Shown here: one piece after another, positions 17,153 through 24,966 of the stretch
Layout: every line of letters begins with the position of its first letter
How positions within the stretch are numbered: position 1 is the first letter of the stretch
DNA from: Candidatus Nanopusillus acidilobi
GTDB lineage: Archaea; Nanobdellota; Nanobdellia; Nanobdellales; Nanobdellaceae
Reading direction: 5' to 3'
DNA length: 32,000 nucleotides
Assembly (NCBI GenBank): GCA_001552015.1
Contig: CP010514.1
Span: 390,001 to 422,000 of the forward strand
Made by a program: the position numbers and the translations under genes
The notes under the pieces: generated by a model
Databases searched by the model: none
The model's input: the letters and a program-made list of their open reading frames with translations, nothing else
What the model was told of the DNA's origin: nothing

Positions 17153-17413
17153 TTATATTAATCCTAATTTAGATAAAATATCTTGGGCCTTATATTCTTT
17201 CTCTAATGTTACATATGCTTTTTTTCTTCCTTTATAATCTATCAATGTATTTATCTTTTTTACTTTAACATTAAATAATTTTTCAACAGCTTCTTTTATA
17301 TCATTCTTTGTAGAATCTCTATTTACAATAAAAACAACCTTATTATATTTATCAAGTAAATACATATCTTTTTCCGTTAATTCAGCATAAAGTATAGCAT
17401 CTTTTATATCCAT
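17153..17413 (-). CDS. rpl23: 50S ribosomal protein uL23
   Basis: 86 aa. The pattern NKVVFIVNRDSTKNDIKEAVEKLFNVKVKKINTL...KKAYVTL is typical of uL23, and the gene sits between uL4 and uL2. Confidence 0.9.
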   Translation of the reverse strand: MDIKDAILYAELTEKDMYLLDKYNKVVFIVNRDSTKNDIKEAVEKLFNVKVKKINTLIDYKGRKKAYVTLEKEYKAQDILSKLGLI

Positions 17414-17422
17414 CTTATAATT

Positions 17423-18250
17423 TCATATATATAAGTTTCTTAAATCTTCTATTGCCTTTTCACTCCATATAATAAATCTACCCAATTTACCACCAGGAGC
17501 CAATTTTTCTATATTTAATTGATCTACTTTTGAAAACTCAACACCATCAATAGAAACCTTTGGTAACTCCGAATCTAAAGATAATACAAATAAAATGCCT
17601 CTATATTTTTTTATTCTCCTATTCCTCATTTTTCCCTTTCCAGCTCTTTGTTTTTTATTTTCTTTTATATATTCAATAAATTTTTCTATTTTTAATTTAT
17701 CAAATAATTCTCTATATTCTTTTGCTTTCTTTAATTCTTCTAAATTTGATATAACAATTGGTAAACCAAAAGTGCTAATTGCTTCATTTAAATAAATAAA
17801 AGATTTTGTATATCTATTTTTTATATAATCAACATTTGAAGATGCAGAAATTGCAGATAATATTGCCAATCTTTTTTCTTTCTTATTTATCTTTCTATAC
17901 CAATTTTTTTCAGGTTTTGGCGGATGTGCTCTTCTTCCTTTTACAGCACTTGGTATTACTCTTGCCATCCATCTGAAATCACCAGCAATTTTTGCAAATA
18001 TTGATCTGGGAACCCTTGATATACCCCTTTTATATGATGACCTATATGTATATCTTCTCTTTGATGTCCAAGCAGAAGCTTCCATACCTGCATATTTATA
18101 TGATCCATATGGTACCCTATGACTCAACATATATGCTCTAAATACCTTATATACTATATCCTCTCTTATTTCGAATTTAAAGTGTTCTGGTAATTCTATT
18201 TCTTTTATTTTATTACCTTCCTTATCATAAACAGATATCATATTTTCCAT
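17423..18250 (-). CDS. rpl4: 50S ribosomal protein uL4
   Basis: SWTSKRRYTYRSSYKRGISRVPR...GRRAHPPK is the archaeal uL4 pattern, and the gene lies upstream of uL23-uL2. Confidence 0.9.
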   Translation of the reverse strand: MENMISVYDKEGNKIKEIELPEHFKFEIREDIVYKVFRAYMLSHRVPYGSYKYAGMEASAWTSKRRYTYRSSYKRGISRVPRSIFAKIAGDFRWMARVIPSAVKGRRAHPPKPEKNWYRKINKKEKRLAILSAISASSNVDYIKNRYTKSFIYLNEAISTFGLPIVISNLEELKKAKEYRELFDKLKIEKFIEYIKENKKQRAGKGKMRNRRIKKYRGILFVLSLDSELPKVSIDGVEFSKVDQLNIEKLAPGGKLGRFIIWSEKAIEDLRNLYI

Positions 18251-18313
18251 GGCTATATTTTATATATAAAACATATTTAAATCTTTATAATAACTCACAT
18301 TAACTATTAAGAT

Positions 18314-19963
18314 ATGTATGAATTTATTAATGATATTATAAAAAAGAGCCTTAGAAAGATTACCATAATATTTAGTATAATAATTGCATTAATAATTATA
18401 ATAGGAAAATATTTACCAGTATTAAAAATATATTATCCTGTTTTATATTTAGCAGCAATTGTTTTTTCATTGGAAGTTATATTTCTAGAATATTACAAAA
18501 CAAAAAAATCATTAGATAAATATTTACTATATTATATAGCATATTTATATTCTCTTTCATTTTCTACAAATAATACTAGAAGACTATTGGAAATTGCAAT
18601 TGAAGAAAAAGCAGAATTTAAGGATATAAATTATTATATGTCAAAAATTCTCTTTTTAACTAATAAATATAATTATACAATTCCAGAAGCTATAAGATAT
18701 ATCCTGCCTTATATTCCAAATAGTAATTTTAAGAGTTTTCTAGAAAGATTCGCAACTTCAATTGATATAGGAGAAGAAGTTGCAGAATTTTTATATAAAG
18801 AATATGAAACACAATTAGCAATATATGAAGCAAATTATGAAAAAGGTTTAGAAAATATAAGATTATTAGATGAATTTATAATATCTTTATTATCTTCTTT
18901 AGGATTTGCATTTTCATTAATATTATTTATACCATTCTTAGTAAGTATAAATATAGTATTTTTGCTAGCAGATTTCTTTATAATATTCATTGTAGTTAAT
19001 TTACTTATATATTATGTATCAAAATATTATATTCCAGATGATGGATTATGGTCTCATTCAAAAGAAAAACCAAAAGAATATATAACAATAAGATATTTAT
19101 TTTATCTTTTATCATTCTTATCTTATATATTATTTTTAGCACTATTTTTTGTATTAAAGTTACAATTATTGGAAGCATTTGCAATAGCAGCAACACCTTT
19201 AGCATATGTAAGTTATAGGATGATATTATTAGAGAGAGCATTAAAAATAAAAGAAAATCATTTTCCAGCATTTTTTAGTAGTATAATAGAATATTCGGAA
19301 ATATTTGGAAGTAATCAAACAAAAATATTAGATAATGTTATTATACATGATTTTGGTTTATTAAATGATGATATTAATAGATTAAGGAAAAGAATAAATA
19401 TAACAAAAAACTATTCCGAATCTTGGAAATATTTTATAGTTGAATTAGGAAGTTCAATTGCAGAAAAAATAATAAAGGTATTTGAAAAAGTTTTATCATA
19501 TAATGGAGATACAAAGAAAGCGGGAGATATGTTATATAATATATTAATTAAGATAACTGAACTTAGATCTAGAAAATCTCAATTTATATCCAATTTAAGG
19601 GGTATTATATATGGAACATATATAGCATTTATAGCAATTCTATTTATAATTGCTCAAATATTATATTTATTAAATCAAATGTTTCAAGGTGTATCTACAG
19701 CACTTGGTTCTGCAGTAGCACAAATAGGTATAAATCTATATACATTTTCAATACCTCTTTATGTATTGCAGGATTACATATTTGTAATATCTATTATTGA
19801 AGCTTTTATATTGGCAGGAACATTAAAAAATATAGACGGAGGATCTAAACTTGGAATGTTCTTGGATGCAGTAGTTATGATATGGTTAAGCGCATTATTA
19901 AATATTGGAGTATATTATTTATTCACTCATGTATTTTCTGGCTTATCTTTAGTAAAAATATAG
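18314..19963 (+). CDS. Second FlaJ/TadC-type membrane platform protein paralog (no ATPase adjacent)
   Basis: 549 aa and polytopic. Two cytoplasmic helical modules (YTIPEAIRYILPYIP...FLERFATSIDIGEEVAEFL, and FPAFFSSIIEYSEIFG...GDTKKAGDMLYN) follow the T2SS-F/FlaJ layout. Confidence 0.55.
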   Translation: MYEFINDIIKKSLRKITIIFSIIIALIIIIGKYLPVLKIYYPVLYLAAIVFSLEVIFLEYYKTKKSLDKYLLYYIAYLYSLSFSTNNTRRLLEIAIEEKAEFKDINYYMSKILFLTNKYNYTIPEAIRYILPYIPNSNFKSFLERFATSIDIGEEVAEFLYKEYETQLAIYEANYEKGLENIRLLDEFIISLLSSLGFAFSLILFIPFLVSINIVFLLADFFIIFIVVNLLIYYVSKYYIPDDGLWSHSKEKPKEYITIRYLFYLLSFLSYILFLALFFVLKLQLLEAFAIAATPLAYVSYRMILLERALKIKENHFPAFFSSIIEYSEIFGSNQTKILDNVIIHDFGLLNDDINRLRKRINITKNYSESWKYFIVELGSSIAEKIIKVFEKVLSYNGDTKKAGDMLYNILIKITELRSRKSQFISNLRGIIYGTYIAFIAILFIIAQILYLLNQMFQGVSTALGSAVAQIGINLYTFSIPLYVLQDYIFVISIIEAFILAGTLKNIDGGSKLGMFLDAVVMIWLSALLNIGVYYLFTHVFSGLSLVKI

Positions 19964-20403
19964 TTTATTTTTCTTTCTTTTGGTATAAAATCTTTTAATA
20001 TATTATTTTTAATATAAACACTGCATAAAATATCATTATTATCTTTTGCTATATAAAAACCATTTTCAAAATTTTTTTCCAATTTTATATTTTCATTAGA
20101 TCCATAAAAAAGATTTTCTTTTTTTATTTCAATACTTTTATTAGAATTTATTCCAAAGATCTGCGCTCCTTCTATACTGAATCTATATCTATTATTTTTT
20201 TCTATTTTAATTACATATAAACCATATTTTTTAATATATTTTTCATCTAAAAAATCTGAAAAATTCTTATTAAACATATATATTTTATCTTTATTAATAA
20301 AAAATCTATATTTTTTTATTATTGATCTATCTATATTTATATTATAGTATTCTTCTATTTTCTTAAATATTTCCTCTATATTCTTTTTATTTAATTCTTT
20401 CAT
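19927..20403 (-). CDS. Putative PUA-like/pre-PUA RNA-binding protein (NIP7 or RsmF C-terminal-domain-like)
   Basis: 158 aa. GLYVIKIEKNNRYRFSIEGAQIFG and the C-terminal GFYIAKDNNDILCSVYIKNNILKDFIPKERK resemble the G.vlv...g..lG.g...g.lKN.lPK..R ending of NIP7/RsmF C-terminal domains. ATGA overlap with the rfcL stop. 37-nt convergent overlap with 18314..19963. Confidence 0.35.
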   Translation of the reverse strand: MKELNKKNIEEIFKKIEEYYNINIDRSIIKKYRFFINKDKIYMFNKNFSDFLDEKYIKKYGLYVIKIEKNNRYRFSIEGAQIFGINSNKSIEIKKENLFYGSNENIKLEKNFENGFYIAKDNNDILCSVYIKNNILKDFIPKERKINYIFTKDKPENT

Positions 20404-21626
20404 AATTTTTCCACAGCTTCCTTTATATATGATATTTCATTTTCATTAAATCCCAATATTTCTGCATATTTTCTTCCTATTTTTTCATTTTCTTTCATTA
20501 AAACTATTAATGTATTTATATATACCTCTCTAACTCTATGCTTTGATGTATGAACCTTCTTTTGTAAATTTTTTGATAATTCTTCAATTTTTTCTCTTAT
20601 TTCCTTATTTTGCGATAGTCTCCTTACATATTGAGGCATCCTGTATTTTGTAAATTTATTATATCTTTTTTCCTTTGCCAATGCAACACCAGCATACATT
20701 AATGTTGTAAAATATTTTAATAGATCCCAATATTGTCTTCTATAAATTCTTCCATAAAATACAATTGCTAATGATAACCAATTATAAGCTTCATATATTT
20801 CTTTTATATTTTCATATTCATTTGATATATTTTCTTCAACCCATGCTTTAATTTCTTCAGGATCCATATCTACATCTGCAAATGGTAATGTAGCACCATT
20901 TATTGTATTTGCCTTAAACATTTGACCTAATGCTCTAAATATTGTAATTTCTCTTTCTCTATAACCTAAAACTTCTAAATCCTTTAATGTAATATGATTA
21001 GTCATTGTTGCTAATGCCTGTAAATCATTTATTGCACTTCTTAAATCACCAGAAGATCTATCTGCAAGTGCAGATAATGCATTATCATCAATTGTTATTT
21101 TTTCATTTGCACAAATCCTCTTTAATTGTCTTATTATATCAGTATTTGATAATTTCTTAAATTCAATCATATCACATAAATCTCTTAATTTCTTAAATTT
21201 TGGATCCCATGGATCGTTTGCAGTTAATATTATTGGCCATCTTGATTCTTCTATTATTTTTACCAATGCTCCAACTCCTCCTCTATCTTGAAATCCTGCT
21301 AATCCATCAACTTCATCAATCAATATTATTCTTCCTTTTTTGAGAAATGGTTTTCCTTTTATTGCTTCTCCCAATTTTTCATGTATAATCCTTGCATTTC
21401 TATTATCTGAAGCATTTAATTCTACAACTTCATAATTTAAATCATTTGCAATTGCATATATTGATGATGTTTTTCCAACACCTGGAGGTCCATATATTAA
21501 TAATGCTTTTTTATTTACATTTGGATATTTTTCAATAAAGGACTTTATTTTTCCAATAGCTTCTGATTGATTAATTATTTCATTAATATGCTTTGGTGCA
21601 TATTTTTTTATCCATGGTTCAACCAT
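20400..21626 (-). CDS. rfcL: Replication factor C large subunit
   Basis: N-terminus PWIKKYAPKHINEIINQ, Walker A GPPGVGKTS, Walker B ILIDEVDG and sensor GDLRSAINDLQ. 408 aa. Confidence 0.88.
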   Translation of the reverse strand: MVEPWIKKYAPKHINEIINQSEAIGKIKSFIEKYPNVNKKALLIYGPPGVGKTSSIYAIANDLNYEVVELNASDNRNARIIHEKLGEAIKGKPFLKKGRIILIDEVDGLAGFQDRGGVGALVKIIEESRWPIILTANDPWDPKFKKLRDLCDMIEFKKLSNTDIIRQLKRICANEKITIDDNALSALADRSSGDLRSAINDLQALATMTNHITLKDLEVLGYREREITIFRALGQMFKANTINGATLPFADVDMDPEEIKAWVEENISNEYENIKEIYEAYNWLSLAIVFYGRIYRRQYWDLLKYFTTLMYAGVALAKEKRYNKFTKYRMPQYVRRLSQNKEIREKIEELSKNLQKKVHTSKHRVREVYINTLIVLMKENEKIGRKYAEILGFNENEISYIKEAVEKL

Positions 21627-21739
21627 TATTTAATATTTATAATTAGAATATTAAAACATATGGAATATATTTTATATCACCACTATCTTATAATAGATAG
21701 TATTGATAAGTTTAAGAAATTTTAATAATATATTTAGTT

Positions 21740-22417
21740 ATGAAAGAAACAAACTCGAATCAAAATCAAAAGCAACCTAAAACATTAGAAGAAGCATTAG
21801 AAGAAGCAAAGGTAAACAAAGTATTAATGGAAACCTCAAAAATATATGATTCTTATCTATACAAAGTAGGAGCGGCACTCACAAGAATAATAGAAAAAGC
21901 ACCACAGGCTGCAGAAGAATACAAAAGATTAGTAGAAAACTTACAGAAGTGGGGCGAATGTAAAAGTTTTTTAACCAGAGATAAAAATACTCTCCAAAAG
22001 TGTAGAGATGAATACAACTTTAAGAATGGGTTAATGGAAGGCATCAATGAATATTTATATTATATATTAGTACGTACACCAGAAGAAATTAAAGAATTTA
22101 CAGAAGCTTTGAAATTTTTAGCAGAAGAGCAAGTAATAGATCGCTTGTATAAACTCTATCAAGAAGTAAAAAAACTAAAATTAGAATATTTATTAGAAGT
22201 AAATAAATATAATCAAATGTCTCCAGAAGATCTAGATCAAAGGTTATATGAAACCTCATCTGAGTCTGTTGAGTCTCTTATATTTCAGTATTTGGAGAAC
22301 CCTAAAGGTCGTAAAGAACAATTTATGAAATATTTAGGATATACACCATTAGAAGATGCTGATATAGCAGCATGTAGATTATATGGTGGTTGTAAAACAG
22401 AAAAACAAAATACATAA
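21740..22417 (+). CDS. Hypothetical alpha-helical protein A1 (no family recognised), compositionally atypical
   Basis: 225-aa ORF richer in A/E/L/R/Q and poorer in I/N than its neighbours. It shows weak collinear similarity to 22584..23180, for example EEIKEFTEALKFLAEEQVIDRLYKLY versus TNIQKFKKGLEYLLNDGVYNQLHNMY. Confidence 0.6.
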   Translation: MKETNSNQNQKQPKTLEEALEEAKVNKVLMETSKIYDSYLYKVGAALTRIIEKAPQAAEEYKRLVENLQKWGECKSFLTRDKNTLQKCRDEYNFKNGLMEGINEYLYYILVRTPEEIKEFTEALKFLAEEQVIDRLYKLYQEVKKLKLEYLLEVNKYNQMSPEDLDQRLYETSSESVESLIFQYLENPKGRKEQFMKYLGYTPLEDADIAACRLYGGCKTEKQNT

Positions 22418-22433
22418 GACTTTTTGATAAAAT

Positions 22434-22511
22434 CTTTTTTACTTAATTTTTATTTAATGACCAAATAAAGGGAAAAATCCCCTAGTATATTACTTCCACT
22501 TTTAACTATTT
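22434..22511. repeat. Copy 1 of a ~75-nt element; degenerate duplicate of the intergenic region plus 3' end of gene 23207..23623
   Basis: Shares the exact 23-mer TTTTATTTAATGACCAAATAAAG (22448-22470 and 23201-23223) and roughly 70-80% identity by hand alignment over ~75 nt with 23191-23263. The minus-strand reading frame is broken here (...*YTRGFFPLFGH*). Confidence 0.75.
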
Positions 22512-22583
22512 TTAAGTATAGTTATTAGCTACTAAAATAATGGCATAAATTTGAAAAATTTCTTAATATATTAATTAATTATA

Positions 22584-23180
22584 ATGAAACAGTATTCAGT
22601 AATATTAGAGAAAGCCCGACCTATATTAGAGAGAAATTCAAATATTTTACCACTATTAGAAAAATTAATAGAAAAAGCTTATTCTCCCCATTCATCTAAA
22701 TTCGATATTAAAATAGTGGATATTATTGAAGACTATATTGATAAGTGTATAGATCCTACAAATATTCAGAAATTCAAAAAAGGCTTAGAATACCTATTGA
22801 ACGATGGAGTATATAATCAACTACATAACATGTATCTGTACATGCTTAATTATAAAAGCCCAGATATGCTTAGTGACGATACAGAGCTAGCACATAATCC
22901 ATTATTAGCAACAGCATTTAATATATCTCCTTCATTAGAAGAAGAACTCAAGAATATATTATATAGATATTTGCGCTCCCCAATCCCACCAATATCGGAT
23001 CATAGTTTCTCATATTGGGAGATTGAAAGAAAACGTAAACAGGAAATGGCAGCATATGATGCTATTTATCATGCTATCCAATATTTATTGAGCAATCCTG
23101 ATTTATATATACAGAATATTAAATTAGGCAATTATTCAATTATATTTAATGATAAACCTTGTGGGAATAAAACAAAATAA
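22584..23180 (+). CDS. Hypothetical alpha-helical protein A2, distant paralog of A1
   Basis: 198-aa ORF with collinear weak similarity to A1. The N-terminal KLIEKA matches RIIEKA, the central FKKGLEYL..V..L..MY block matches, and NILYRYLRSP matches SLIFQYLENP. An oligo-T run follows the stop. Confidence 0.6.
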   Translation: MKQYSVILEKARPILERNSNILPLLEKLIEKAYSPHSSKFDIKIVDIIEDYIDKCIDPTNIQKFKKGLEYLLNDGVYNQLHNMYLYMLNYKSPDMLSDDTELAHNPLLATAFNISPSLEEELKNILYRYLRSPIPPISDHSFSYWEIERKRKQEMAAYDAIYHAIQYLLSNPDLYIQNIKLGNYSIIFNDKPCGNKTK

Positions 23181-23190
23181 TAAAATTAGC

Positions 23191-23263
23191 CCTTTTTTAA
23201 TTTTATTTAATGACCAAATAAAGAAAAAAGTCCACTTAATATACCACCGCTTTCAACTATTTG
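23191..23263. repeat. Copy 2 of the ~75-nt element, spanning the A2/B intergenic region and the last ~19 codons of gene 23207..23623
   Basis: See copy 1. It contains an A/T-only imperfect hairpin CTTTTTT-aat-TTTATTT-[aatgacc]-AAATAAA-g-AAAAAAG (23192-23230). This places T-runs on both strands and may act as a bidirectional terminator. Confidence 0.7.
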
Positions 23264-23623
23264 ACATGGTAAAATAGCTTCAAATTGATTACCATTCACA
23301 ATATAATATACCCTTACATATGCATTTTCTATAGCTAAACTATTATTTACACTACATGCATTCATAGATCCATAATTTATATCTCCTAAATTACAGGATG
23401 AATTTTCATAAAAATTATATACTGTTACATTCTCCAAATTTTGTTTTGCAGTAATTATAATGAGAGATGTTCCATTTGCATATTGACAACTATATGTAAA
23501 ATATTCCATATATGGAGGTAAATATGATGTTACATAATATGTATAGATTGCGTATAGTATAACCAATATAAAAACTGCTACACCAACCCAAATCACAAAT
23601 TTGGGTATTTTTGAGATATCCAT
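23207..23623 (-). CDS. Small membrane-anchored or secreted protein B with Cys residues and N-glycosylation sequons
   Basis: 138 aa. The N-terminal signal-anchor is MDISKIPKFVIWVGVAVFILVILYAIY. Four Cys and the sequons NGT, NVT and NSS are present. The C-terminus is hydrophobic and Gly-rich (SGGILSGLFSLFGH). Confidence 0.6.
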   Translation of the reverse strand: MDISKIPKFVIWVGVAVFILVILYAIYTYYVTSYLPPYMEYFTYSCQYANGTSLIIITAKQNLENVTVYNFYENSSCNLGDINYGSMNACSVNNSLAIENAYVRVYYIVNGNQFEAILPCQIVESGGILSGLFSLFGH

Positions 23624-23633
23624 AAAATTAATT

Positions 23634-23885
23634 TTAATCTACATATATATAAACATATACATATTTATTCCCCTTGTCTTCGATCTTCATATTTTTTATA
23701 ATTTCTTCATATTTTTTATCATCTATATCAAATAGATCTGAATATTTATTTAATATATAATCTAATATTAGTCTTTTTATCATAATATCTTCATTCCCAT
23801 GCAAATTTTCAGCATTATATTCATCTAAAACACCCTCTATTATATATTTTGGAATCTTAAATTCATATTCAATATTATATGGCAT
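23634..23885 (-). CDS. Small hypothetical protein, possibly ribbon-helix-helix (CopG-like)
   Basis: The track start at 23942 is a TTG. The ATG at 23883-23885 has the TATA-like tttatatt ~25 nt upstream. The 83-aa product EYEFKIPKYIIEGVLDEYNAENLHGNEDIMIKRLILDYILNKY fits a strand-helix-turn-helix RHH pattern by eye. Confidence 0.4.
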   Translation of the reverse strand: MPYNIEYEFKIPKYIIEGVLDEYNAENLHGNEDIMIKRLILDYILNKYSDLFDIDDKKYEEIIKNMKIEDKGNKYVYVYIYVD

Positions 23886-23958
23886 GTAAAATTTTACTAT
23901 TTTCCAAAATATAAATGATTGCTTTATATTCTTGAATTTCAAAAATGATTATCAAAAA

Positions 23959-24927
23959 TTATTTTCTATTTTGTAAACCTCTAAGCCCTATATATGCTAG
24001 CAAAGCACCAAGTTGTATTATTGGATCTGAACCTTCTAATAATCTATATTCTATTTCTCCAGCATAATATATTATATCTAATTTTTCTTTTTCAGATATA
24101 TTCATAGAATAAACTTCCTTTGATAGATATTTAATTATATCTTCTCCTGCAAGACCATATTTTAGCATTAAATCAATTAATTTTTCCCTAGCTTCTACAA
24201 ATTTTCCTTCATATGCTAATTTTAATACTTCCTGTAATTCTTGTGGTTTTGCTACAGAAGCAACTTCATATATTAACTCTGGAGTTATATCTTTAGAATA
24301 TAAAGCTGCAGCTTGTAACATATTTATTGATTTTCTCATATCACCTTCTGAAATATAATATATTGCTTCTAATGCATCATCACTTATATTTAGATTTTCT
24401 TTTTCAGCTATTGATCTTAATAATTCAAACACATCCTTTTTATCTAATTGTTTAAATCTAAATATAACAGTTCTAGATTGTATCGGTTCTATAATTTTTG
24501 ATGAATAATTACATGCCAATATAAATCTTGTTATTGAAGAATATTCTTCCATTATTCTTCTTAAAGCTTGTTGTGCATCTCTTGTCATTGCATCTGCCTC
24601 ATCTAGAAATATAATTTTAAATGGAACATCACCAATTGGTTTTGTTCTTGCAAATTCTTTTACCTTTTCCCTTATTACATCAATCCCTCTATCATCCGAA
24701 GCATTTAATTGTAATATATTTTGTTCCCATTTATCTCCATATAATTCTCTTGCTAATGCCAATGCAGCAGTTGTTTTTCCAACACCAGCAGGTCCTGCAA
24801 ATAATAAATGAGGCATATTTTTATTTTCCACAAATGCTTTCAATCTTTTTACTATCTCATCCTGTCCTTTTATATCATCCAATCTTTTTGGTCTATATTT
24901 TTCAGTCCATATTTCATTCTCTGGCAT
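23959..24927 (-). CDS. rfcS: Replication factor C small subunit
   Basis: [16 protein letters not shown], Walker [10 protein letters not shown], Walker [21 protein letters not shown] and [11 protein letters not shown]. 322 aa with no intein. Confidence 0.95.
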   Translation of the reverse strand: MPENEIWTEKYRPKRLDDIKGQDEIVKRLKAFVENKNMPHLLFAGPAGVGKTTAALALARELYGDKWEQNILQLNASDDRGIDVIREKVKEFARTKPIGDVPFKIIFLDEADAMTRDAQQALRRIMEEYSSITRFILACNYSSKIIEPIQSRTVIFRFKQLDKKDVFELLRSIAEKENLNISDDALEAIYYISEGDMRKSINMLQAAALYSKDITPELIYEVASVAKPQELQEVLKLAYEGKFVEAREKLIDLMLKYGLAGEDIIKYLSKEVYSMNISEKEKLDIIYYAGEIEYRLLEGSDPIIQLGALLAYIGLRGLQNRK

Positions 24928-24966
24928 AAATTAATAATTTAAATTAAAACTTAAATACATATTATT

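Noticed and set aside
13001-17795. Track ORFs 13001..13198(+), 14201..14398(+), 15474..15692(+), 16106..16288(+) and 17595..17795(+)
   Set aside because: All are antisense shadows inside aRF1, the RIO kinase, the P/Q/N-rich ORF, uS2 and uL4 respectively. The sense genes carry strong family motifs.
19005-19271. Track ORF 19005..19271(-), 88 aa
   Set aside because: It is antisense to the flaJ-like-2 gene and has a low-complexity I/L-rich translation.
21686-21703. Inverted repeat CTATCT-tataat-AGATAG in the rfcL/A1 divergent promoter region
   Set aside because: The arms are 6 bp and AT-rich, and there is a single occurrence. I cannot distinguish it from chance, and it may just be part of a TATA-like promoter.
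21853-22047. Track ORF 21853..22047(-), 64 aa, inside A1
   Set aside because: It is a short antisense ORF. A1 is more than three times longer and has a paralog, so the plus-strand reading is preferred. I hold this less firmly than for conserved genes.
24621-24929. Track ORF 24621..24929(+), 102 aa
   Set aside because: It is antisense to the Walker A-containing 5' region of rfcS. Its H/Q/L/F-rich nonsense translation marks it as spurious.
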